Assembly (NCBI RefSeq): GCF_006345805.1
Contig: NC_043017.1
Coordinates: forward strand, 6,200,001-6,264,000
Source of the DNA: Octopus sinensis
Taxonomy: Eukaryota
Direction: 5' to 3'
Length of the DNA stretch: 64,000 bases
A model generated the notes under the pieces. It made no database searches and had not been told where the DNA came from. It saw only the letters and a program-made list of their open reading frames with translations. Position 1 is the stretch's first letter; each line of letters opens with the position of its first letter. This document shows, piece by piece, positions 53,665 to 64,000 of the stretch. The translations under genes were made by a program, and so were the position numbers.

Positions 53665-54877
53665 ATCTGTCTGTCTGTCTATCTGTTTATCTATCTTTCT
53701 ACCTAAACAGAAATCAAGTGATACTGTTTAGTTTATGAACTTTTTCAAGAAATATTGTTGCTCACAGAGATGAATACTGCAGGATATTTGCAGTACATGC
53801 AGTTTATCTTGACAGGCAGATTTGACAATTATCAGCTTCAGTTTGGGAAAAGTCTTGTGAAGTATTCTTCATGTCATATTGTATCCTTGGTCATGTAGTT
53901 TCCAAATGAAGTTGAACAAGTAGAGAGTGGAATTTTTTTGCCATTCCCTTCACTTGAATGAGTAGATGAGTTGTGAAAATCTAACTTTGAAATCACTGAC
54001 AGTTTGACCCACATGGTGAGAGTGTGCTTCCATTCTCAAATGGTGAGGGTGTCGTTCCACAACCCATAGCCTTTGAAAAGCAAGATCCTCCAAGTGGGCA
54101 GTTGGTGGGATATTGAAAGTTACAGACAGGGGAATGAGATGATGTTTGTCTGAAAGCATATACTTTTGCTGTAGTGTGCAATGTTTGAAGTAATACCTAA
54201 GCACAAGTAGCTAACCATAACATTATGAGTATTATTGATTTTACAGTTCTTACGGATGCCTAAGAAATGTAAAGTGAGTGCCAAAAAGTTTGAAGTAGTA
54301 TCTAAGCACAAATAGCTTACCTTAACATTATGAGCATTAATGAATTACTTATGTCTAGGATGCCTAGGAAAAGTAGAATGATAGTCATGAAGATACCTAC
54401 ATTAGACAGAGGATTAAACCAGATTACTCTTCTCTTTCTAATTCTATTAGTGTTTGTAGAATGAGGGTCCTCCATATACAGTAATTTTCAGTAAATTCAC
54501 TGAGTCAGCATCATCATGACCAGTGTTTTATGTTTGCCTTTACATGCTGGCATGGGTTGGATGGGTTTTCTAAGGTAGTGTTTCACAACTTATTACATGT
54601 CCTTACAGTTATTTCTTTCAGTATACATAGACATGATATGGTACAACAGTCCTAAAGGTGGGGTGCACATGATATATATATGAGATAGTGCATAAGGCTA
54701 TGAATTAATGAGTGAGTGAGTGAGTGAGATGGATAGATAGAGAGAGAAAGAGAGAATATGTGTGTGTGCATAAGGATATATATATTTGGTTGCTAGACAC
54801 AAACTACCAACAATATATAGCTGGGGTAATTTAAAATTAATGTGACAATATAATATTGAGTAAATAAGCATTATTAA

Positions 54878-54947
<70 letters not shown>

Positions 54948-55258
54948 AACTAAGTATATATAGATTATTTAGTTTATATATTTGTTAGATACATATGCAA
55001 ATTAAGTGGAATTATTGCTATTTACTGAGAGGAATAATTGCCAAAGTAATTCAAAATTACTACTAACACATACATAGATACATACACACACACACATATA
55101 TATATAGATATATATATATATATAAACATATATATACATATATATATATGTATGTATGAATCAATTAGTCTATATAAATGGTGGTGTATGTAGATATATT
55201 TGTTAGATGCATATGTAAATTACTCTCAGTAATAAATGCTTAAGTAATTTAAAATTAC

Positions 55259-55307
<49 letters not shown>

Positions 55308-55967
55308 CATATATATATATATATACATACATACATACATATATATATAGATATATATGTATATACACACACACAAATATGTATATATGCGTCTGTGTAT
55401 ATATATATATATATGCATGTATCACTCTCAGCATACATCATTCCCTGTGTATATATTTCTTACACACATACACACACACACACACATACATACACACGAC
55501 CAAATTGCCAAAAGGAAGAATAGCACTAGTCATTTAAGCTTTCCAGACAATTAACTACATTTCTTCCTTTTCAATATTCTACACTACATTGCAATCAGGA
55601 TATTTTCCAATCATTTTTAAATACCCAAAACCCACAAACGCTAACACTCATGTACGTACATACAATATACTCATGATGGGTGTGTGTGTGCGGGTGGATG
55701 TAAGTAAATGTGTGTGTTGTTCAGTACAATTATACGCTTTGTATTTCCTATTAACCCTTTACAAACTTTGCAAACACATGCACATACTTTTACATAGATA
55801 CATGTAGATGCACATACAGGTAACTGCATACAAATATGCACACATATGCACATAGATATATATACACATACCCATACAGGTACATGCATACACATGCACA
55901 CACATACATCAATATACAGAATCGTGTACACACACACAGATATGCACACATACATGCATACACACGT

Positions 55968-56198
55968 ATATTTCTTTACTACCCACACGGGGCTAAACAC
56001 AGAAGGGACAAACAAGGACAGACAAAGGGTTTAAGTCGATTACATCGACCCCAGTGCGTAACTGGTACTTTATTTATCGACCCTGAAAGGATGAAAGGCA
56101 AAGTCGACCTCGGCGGAATTTGAACTCAGAACGTAACGACAGACGAAATACGGCTACGCATTTCACCCGGCGTGCAAACGTTTCTGCCAGCTCACCGC
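55968..56198 (-). mobile_element. SINE family B monomer
   Basis: Reverse complement of family B. Further partial copies at ~36985-37150, 41340-41640 and 48030-48312. Confidence 0.85.
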
Positions 56199-56529
56199 AT
56201 ACACACATAGATACACACATGTACACAAACACACACACACACACACTAAAATTTACTGATTACAACCACAAACTTCTGATCAAGCAAGGGTAACACTTTC
56301 AACTTTTTATAGTTGGGTATATAACTACTGGTACTTATTTTCTCAATTCCCATTTGTCAAACTGCTAGGTCACACAACACCACCACCACCACCACCAGGT
56401 TTGTTTTGCCCAACATTAGCATGAATACACACACACACATGCATACACAGATTGAGTGTAAGGGTTGGCTCTCGTATTATGGATACTGTTCTAAACCCCT
56501 GTTTCTCAACCTATCCCATTGTGTGTATA

Positions 56530-56570
<41 letters not shown>

Positions 56571-56811
56571 TTTGTGTGTTTGTATCTGTGTTTGTCCCCA
56601 CAACAATTGCTTGACAACCGATGCTGGTATGTTTACGTTGCTGAAACTTAGCTGTTCAGCAAAAGGGACCGATAAAATAAGTACTATGCTTACAAAGAAA
56701 AAGTCCTGGGGTTGATTTGTTTGACTAAAACCTCCTTAAGGTGGTGCTTCAGCTTGGCTGCCATCAAATGATTGAAAAGTAAAAGAATAAAAGAACATAT
56801 ATTTATGTGTG

Positions 56812-56898
<87 letters not shown>

Positions 56899-56901
56899 AT
56901 A

Positions 56902-57275
56902 TTGCCAAAGATCCCAGCCACACCATCACGCTTCAGGACCAGTTACTGCAACAGCCTGGGTTTCAGGGTCCCACAGCTTTTTAATATTCTCCCAAAGAGC
57001 CTGAGGAATCTGCACAAAGTAGATGTAGGTGTTTTTAAATCAAAGCTGGACCTCTTCCGATCGAGAGTCCCAGATGAACCTACCTCACGGCAAGAGGTGC
57101 AAATGAGGGTAGCTACATCAAACTCCATTTTTCATCAAGTGCGACATATCAGAGGAGGCTCTCAGTAACAACAGTGTAGCTAAACAGCGGTGCATCAGAA
57201 TGGCCGCAGCTCTGAGCTGGAACTAGAGAGAAAAATTATTATTATTATTATTATTATTATTAATATTATAATTAT
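56902..57275 (+). mobile_element. CR1/L2-group LINE 3' end (ORF2 C-terminus, 3' UTR, (ATT)n tail)
   Basis: NSLGFRVPQLFNILPKSLRNL..FKSKLDLFRSRVPDEP, stop at 57166-57168. Confidence 0.8.
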
Positions 57276-58510
57276 TCTTCTATATTTCAGAAAACATTTT
57301 AAATTAACAACAACAACAACAAAAAAAATGTCTTTCTGTTTATTGCTGGGATATTTATTCCATAATTTGCTTTGCTGATTCTGTTTATTTACCATTCTTT
57401 CAATCTGTCCATGTTTGTTGCTCCCTCCTCCTCACCAGCCCCCCTCTCTCTCTCCTTTACCTTCTCCTCCCTCCAAGTCCACCCACATCGACCCCCAAAC
57501 CCACCACCCGTCTACCCCTGTACACATTAATATCTCATGTTTACCTAACATTTATCTCTTTCCTCTTCTCTTGGACAAACTTTCAAATATTTTCCTCTTC
57601 AAATGCTTTTTTTTTTCTCTTTACTTATTTACATTTTCTTTTTCTAACCTCCATTCGTACATTTTTGTCAACATCCATCACACACCTCCCTCTTGCCTCC
57701 ACCACAACCACTGACAACACCATCGACAACAACAACAACTGCTACCACCACCATCATCACCACCACTACCACCATTATCACCACCACCACCAACTGCACA
57801 ACATCAGTACCACCAATACCACTACCACCAATACCACCACCAACACTAACACTAACAACACTACCACCACCACCATCATCATCACCAATATCACCACCAA
57901 CAAAATCACTAACACCATCAAAAGCACCAGCACAACCACCAACACCACTTCCACCTCCACCTCCACCACAACAACAACACCAGAACCAACACCACAACCA
58001 CCTATACCACCAATATTAACACTAACACTGCCAACAATACCTCCACCACCACCAACACCACTACTACTTCAACCCCAACCATCATGTACCATTCCTAATA
58101 ACTACCCATGCTCTTAGCCAACCCTACCCCTCAGTTGACTCATCCATCCACCCACCCGCCCACTTATCCAACCGTCCACCTTTCCATTCCCTCATCCATC
58201 CATCTATCCACTCAGTCCACCCTACCCAGACAACCATCTAACCATCCTTCTCCAGCCCCTAACCATCCACCTTCCTATCCACTCCTTTCTGGGCCCATAA
58301 ACCCCTCTCCCTCCAAACCCTGACACCCACCCTCTCTCATCCTCCTCTCTATTTGTCTATTCTGTTTACATGTTCATTGCTTTTTTTTTTCCTTCTTTTT
58401 TTTGTTGTAATAACAATTCACATATTTGCTATTACAGTTGTTGTTGCTATTGCAGTTGTTGTTGTTGCAGTATCATAGTAACAGTTGTCCCTTTCTTTCC
58501 TTTTAACCAG

Positions 58511-58744
58511 ATGAGCAACAAAAGAAATCCAAGCTTCCGACTGGCTGTGCAGAGCCGAGAAGCTGTGGACGGCTGGAGTGACAATTTTGTCTACCTGCAG
58601 AGTAGGAAGGATTCTCGTTTCAGAAGAATGGTACGCAAAATTGCAAAGGAGTTTCTTACTGATGAACTGGACAGACAGTACTATGCTGACCGCTACAGCT
58701 GCTGGCCTCCACCCATCTTTGTACCAGTAATTACTTTAATGGAG
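58511..58744 (+). CDS. RHBDL3: Internal coding exon of an RHBDL3/rhomboid-4-like rhomboid protease (segment between the EF-hand and TM1), 78 aa
   Basis: Pyrimidine-rich acceptor ...ctttctttccttttaaccAG and donor GAG|GTAAAT; 234 nt, phase 0/0. Translation MSNKRNPSFRLAV...DRQYYADRYSCWPPPIFVPVITLME resembles human RHBDL3 MSNKRSNSFRQAI...DRKWYYDSYTCCPPPWFMITVTLLE (recalled, not aligned by tool). Symbol is the closest recognised homolog; orthology untested. Confidence 0.88.
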
Positions 58745-58868
58745 GTAAATATATACCATTATTTTTTATATTTCAAAATTTTATTTATTCTTTTTATGTG
58801 TTTCATTTACTTGTGGGTTTCTGGAGTTTATAATGTTATATATCAAGTTTTATATTTTGACTTTAATA

Positions 58869-59295
58869 TTGGGTTGTCCGGAAAGTTTGTGCCGATTTAT
58901 AGTAGCTTACCTTTCGACTTATTTTAGAACATGGTTGAGTCCATCAAATAGGATTTGACTGCACCTCCATTTAGAGCACTGTTTCAGCTATCTTTTCGTG
59001 GAAGAAGGTTTATGTTCCTATAACCTGTGTTAATTCTGTAACCCTTTAAAATGGAAGATAAGAAAGTTCGTTTTTGGCACTTGATGCTTTGGGAAGCAGA
59101 TAAAAATTGCTGCAGCTCGGCTGGGATGTGTTACCCCACCCTCCACATTCACCAGACATTGCTCCTTCAGATTCCCACTTATTCAGGTCTCTGCAGAATA
59201 GTCATAATGGTAAAAATTTCAATTGCTTAGATGACGTAAAAAGATACTTTGATGAATTCTTTGCCATGAAACCACCTCAAGTCTGGGAAGAAAAT
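58869..59295 (+). mobile_element. Internally deleted, 3'-truncated mariner (mellifera-like), 125 bp downstream of the rhomboid exon
   Basis: TA|TTGGGTTGTCCGGAAAGTTTGTGCCGATTT 5' TIR. ATG at 59051 (MEDKKVRFWHLMLWE) is fused to LLQLGWDVLPHPPHSPDIAPSDSHLFRSLQNS. Confidence 0.85.
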
Positions 59296-60619
59296 TAAGT
59301 ACCAGTGAAACACTGGGGTTAATGTCATCAGCTTAACTTGTATGTTGGTGTGTGTGTGTGTGTGAGTGTGTGTGTGCGTGCATGCGTTTGTGTGTTGGTA
59401 TGTGCATTTATGTATGTGATGTATGTTGGTGTGTGTGTGTGTGTGTTTGTGTACCCTTTTCATGAGATTGTATGATAGCTATAAATAAGTGTCATTGTCA
59501 TTCCTGTGGTACCATTCATTTCCTGTCTTTCTGAAAAACAAAAAAAAAACAAAAAAAAAAACCCAACCATGTCTAGCCATGAGGAAACATTACCTTTGTT
59601 TGGAAACAAGTAAAGGTTGGCAACTGGAAGGGCATCCGGCCATAGGAAAATCTGCCTCAATGGATTTCTTTACAGTCATACAAATTAGATGCTAAACAGC
59701 GACGATGGTAGTGGTTATGATGGTGGTGGTGGTGGTGGTTGTGGCCATGATGGCTGTGGTGATGATGGCAGTGGTGGCAGTGGTAGTAGTTATGATGATG
59801 GCAGTGGTGGTGTTGGTGGTAGTGGTGGTTATGGTGATGGTGGTGGTGGTGGCCATGATGGCTGTGGTGATGATGGCAGTGGTAGTGGTTATGATGATGG
59901 CGATGGTGGTAGTGGTGGTTATGATGATGATGGCGGTGGTGGTTACGATGTTGGTGGTAGTGGTGGTGGTAGTTATGAGGAGGATGATGGTTGTTTTAAT
60001 GGAATTTTTCGTGATGATGATGATGGCAGTGATGGTGATATATTCTTCATTCTGATGGTCTTCCATGGATGCCATGCCACACGTTTATTCAAAGCAGCCA
60101 AAAGTCATCAGAGTTTTCGCTATTCAGAGGCACAAAATCACAAAATACTTCAGCTTTGATGCTTAATAGAACAACAAATGCTTTCATCACTCACATACCT
60201 AGAAACACATACACCTCTTCACACACACACACACATACATACATACATACATATACACATACATACATAGAGTGATACAACTTCTCACGTTTGGTAACAT
60301 ATACTTCACACATGCACACACACATGCACACACACACACACACATACACACATACATACATACATACATGCACACACACACACACACATATACAAACATA
60401 CACACACACACACACATGCGCACACACACATACACACACACATACATACATACATACAAACATACATACACACACACACATACATAGAGTTATACAACTT
60501 CTCACGCTTGGTAACATATACTTCACACACACACACACACACAACACACATATACAAACATACACACACACACACACATGTGCACACACACATACACACA
60601 CTTACATACATACATAGAA

Positions 60620-60654
<35 letters not shown>

Positions 60655-60977
60655 CATCTCCGGGATGACAACGATATGGCTTTTACACATTTAACAGGAT
60701 ATGTACCACCCTTTACGTACACGACGATACGATTCTCACACCTCCAGGAACATATGAACACCCACACCTTTCTGCGAGTCTCAGATAACAAGCCGGTTCT
60801 CACACATCTGTTAACGTATACACACCTCCGTCATCGGATGATACGGCTCTTATACATCTCTAGGAGTGTGTATACACGCCTCCCACATCACATCATCACA
60901 TATTTATGATATTTCACAGAGCTCACTCTCTTTCTCTCCCTCTCTCTCATTTACTCTCTCCCTCTCTTACACACACA

Positions 60978-61010
<33 letters not shown>

Positions 61011-61427
61011 TTACGTGCACATATGCAAATATTCTGTGTTGTTAATTGATTAAATGTCTAAATGTCTCAAATGACTTGTTGATGAAGATAATAATTTTTC
61101 AAACTATTAGCTTTATCTTTACACTATATTTTACAATATACATACTATATACATACAAACATACATACATATCTACATACATTCCACCTCCATCATTTTG
61201 ATCTTTGATCATTATCATCCGTGTAGAGAATATTATAATGCATACGCACACATGTGTACATGTATAAAATTCTTTTGGGGAATATTGGATCTCAAATTAC
61301 ATTACAACCAGCTATGAATAACAGCATGTAAACATTTGGCTAAAAAACCGTTTTGGCTAGAAAATGTCGAGATAAACTTACAATTCCTATCCAAAAGGGG
61401 CTTCCCACCCAATATTTGCAAGCTTTA

Positions 61428-61645
61428 CAAGGGCGGGTGTTGAAGAGTTCCCGGTTTTAATTATATCGTGAAAGGCCTGGTCAGAGACCCAATCTTCCGA
61501 GAGTTTTTTTTTTTTTTTACAGGGCTTAGAAAAACTGAAGGACCACTGCAATAAGTCTGTAAATCTGGGAGGGAATATGTTGAATAAAATCACAATCAAC
61601 TGATTCTCCTGTATTTTCTTTTACCCAAAGCCAAACCCCCTCCTT
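61428..61645 (+). mobile_element. Second copy of the same mariner MITE
   Basis: Aligns to the reverse complement of 32964-33160 (aaaggcctgg..tacagggcttagaaaaact.aaggaccact.caataag..gttgaataaaatca). Confidence 0.75.
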
Positions 61646-61679
61646 CACACACACTCACATATATATATCTTTTTTTTTC

Positions 61680-61869
61680 TTTTTCTTTTGCTTGTTTCAG
61701 TCATTTGACTGCAGCCATGCTGGAGCACCGCCTTTAGTCGAGCAAATTGACCCCGGGACTTATTCTTTGTAAGCCCAGTCTCTTTTTGCCGAACCGCTCA
61801 GTGATGGGGACGTAAACACACCAGCATCGGTTGTCAAGCAATGCTGGGGGGACAAACACAGATGCACAA

Positions 61870-61900
<31 letters not shown>

Positions 61901-62071
61901 CATATATACGACAGGCTTCTTTCAGTTTCCGTCTACCAAATCCACTCACAAGGCATTGGTGGGCCCGGGGCTATGGCAGAAGACACTTGCCCAAGATGCC
62001 ACGCAGTGGGACTGAACCCGGAACCATGTGGTTGGTAAGCAAGCTACTTACCACACAGCCACTCCTGCACC
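61680..62071 (-). mobile_element. SINE family A copy
   Basis: Reverse complement of the family A sequence. Confidence 0.85.
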
Positions 62072-62550
62072 TATCATCATCATCATTATTATCATCATGT
62101 AATGTCTGTTTCCTATGCTGGCATGAGTTTGACAGTTTGACTAAAAACTGCTAAGCTGGAGTGCTGCACCAGGTTTCTGTTTGATTTGGCATGGTTTCAA
62201 CAGCTGGATGCCCTTCCTAACACCAACCACTCCATGAGTGTAGTGGGTGCCTTTTACATGCCACCGGCATATATATATATAAATGCATGTGTGCCACTCT
62301 GTGATAATTTATCACCCACTACTTGCTTGATAATCAGTGTTGGTGTGATTATGTTCTTGTAACTTAGCATTTTGGCAAAAGAAACTGATAGAATAAGTAG
62401 CAGGCTTTAGAAAAAATTAGTACTGATGTGGATTCATTCAATGAAAAATTCTACAGCCCAGTGCCCCAGCTTGGCCACAGTCTAATACCTGAGACAAGTA
62501 AAAGATAAAGGATATGTGTGTGTGTGTGTGCGTGTGTGTGTGTGTGTGTG

Positions 62551-62710
62551 TGGCTGAGTGGTAAGAAGCTTGCTTCCCAACCACATGGTTCCGGGTTCAG
62601 TCCCACTGTGTGGCACCTTGAGCAAGTGTCTTCTACTATAACCTCGGGCCAACCAAAGTCTTGTGAGTGAATTTGATAGATGGAAACTGAAAAATGCCCA
62701 TCATATATAC

Positions 62711-62741
<31 letters not shown>

Positions 62742-62972
62742 AGTGTGTGTATGCATGTATTTATGTGTCTGTATTTCTCCTCCAGCCATCGCTTGACAAC
62801 TATTGTTGGTGTGTTTACGTCCCTGTAACTTAGCAGTTCGGCAAAAGAGATCCGATAGAATAAGTACTAGGCTTACAAAGAATAAGTCCTGGGTTCAGTT
62901 TGTTCAACTAAAGGTGGTGTTCCAGCATGGCCACAGTCAAATCATTGAAGTAAACGAATAAAAGAACAAAAG
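62551..62972 (+). mobile_element. SINE family A copy
   Basis: Colinear with 41666-42054. Confidence 0.85.
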
Positions 62973-62992
62973 AATATATATACACCCAAAGC

Positions 62993-63430
62993 ACGGAAGG
63001 ATGACCTCAGGTCACTGAAATTTTGAGATGCGATGACAAAGGACCAAGATTCCTGGCATCTTGCTGCATTCAAGGAGGTCCATCTTCCACAGCAGAAGAG
63101 TTAAGGCTGCTCCCCCTGCTGAAGAGGATTGACTTTCAAGAGTCCTCTGCCAGTGTCACTTGAAATGTATTCGAGCCAGTGCCACATAAGAGCACTCATG
63201 CGGTGCCACGTAAAAGCACCTAGCACACTCTGTAAAGCAGTTGGTACCAGGAAGGGCATCCAGCCGTAAAACCACGCCGAACCAGACAGGATCCTTGTGC
63301 AGCTTGCCAGCTGTTGTCAAACAGTCCAACCCATGCCAGCATGGAAAACAGACGTTAAATGATGATGATGATGACTACGAAGACGATGGTGATGATGATG
63401 GTGATGATATTGATGATGACGATGATGATG
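62993..63430 (+). mobile_element. RTE-type LINE 3' end with (GAT)n tail
   Basis: RKDDLRSLKF*DAMTKDQDSWHLAAF resembles the RTE C-terminal D..L....M..DR..WR motif; 3' UTR ggaagggcatccagc..gcatggaaaacagacgttaaatgatgat. Confidence 0.6.
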
Positions 63431-64000
63431 ATGATGATACACACATCATCCAGGCGTATCTCAACTAATGTCAAGTTACATTTTTATCAAATTTATGTTG
63501 ATTTTTTTTTTCTGAAAAGATTAATAGAAAAACTAAACTTGAATTTCAATCAATTTATCTGAATTTATGTTGGTCTTAGTGAACATATTTACAACATGGA
63601 AATTATATTAAAAAAAAAAATAATAAATAAAAAAAACCCCCACCTAAAAACCAATTCTGAAATAGAAAAAAAAATCCAAGAAACTACATGTTGAAATATG
63701 TAGAAATCATATTTACTAAAACAGATGTATGTTAATAAAGTTTAAGAAATGTTTTTCCTGTGTTACATCATTTTTCATGCTAAGTCACATGTCTTGGAAA
63801 CTATTGACATAAATTGAGGTTAGTCTCTATATATATACATATATATACAGAGAGAGAGAGAGGTATACAAAGCCACTACACGTTCTTTATTTTCTCTCCT
63901 TGTTTCTTTCTGTGTTCCTTTCTGGGGGTAGAAAGGGCTCCTTAGCCGTAGTGAAGGCAATCTATCTAGGGAGATAACCTTACAATAAATCACTGGGTCC

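Noticed and set aside
58370-58927. 185-aa ORF as a complete gene
   Set aside because: Only 58511-58744 is homologous and splice-bounded; the flanks are intronic low-complexity read-through.

Overview
AT-rich, microsatellite-saturated animal genomic DNA. The repeat repertoire suggests an octopod cephalopod (inference, no search run). The only protein-coding sequence I can support is one 234-nt phase-0/0 exon (58511-58744, +) of an RHBDL3/rhomboid-4-type intramembrane serine protease; the rest of the window looks intronic or intergenic. Nearly all listed ORFs are microsatellite artefacts. Interspersed repeats include at least four tRNA-derived SINE families, RTE- and CR1-type LINE 3' ends, a Penelope GIY-YIG remnant, several Tc1/mariner relics (mellifera-like, cecropia-like, DD37D maT, a mariner MITE), piggyBac-like and hAT MITEs, and a non-autonomous Helitron. 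The most interesting signals are two. First, several unrelated short elements sitting in (TA)n tracts carry type-I hammerhead-ribozyme motifs; one is nearly intact and two form head-to-head palindromes. They are probably Penelope-like pseudo-LTR or retrozyme-like units. Second, one SINE family forms head-to-tail multimers that join at the same palindromic junction (GAAATA-GG-TATTT[C/T]) at three separate loci.
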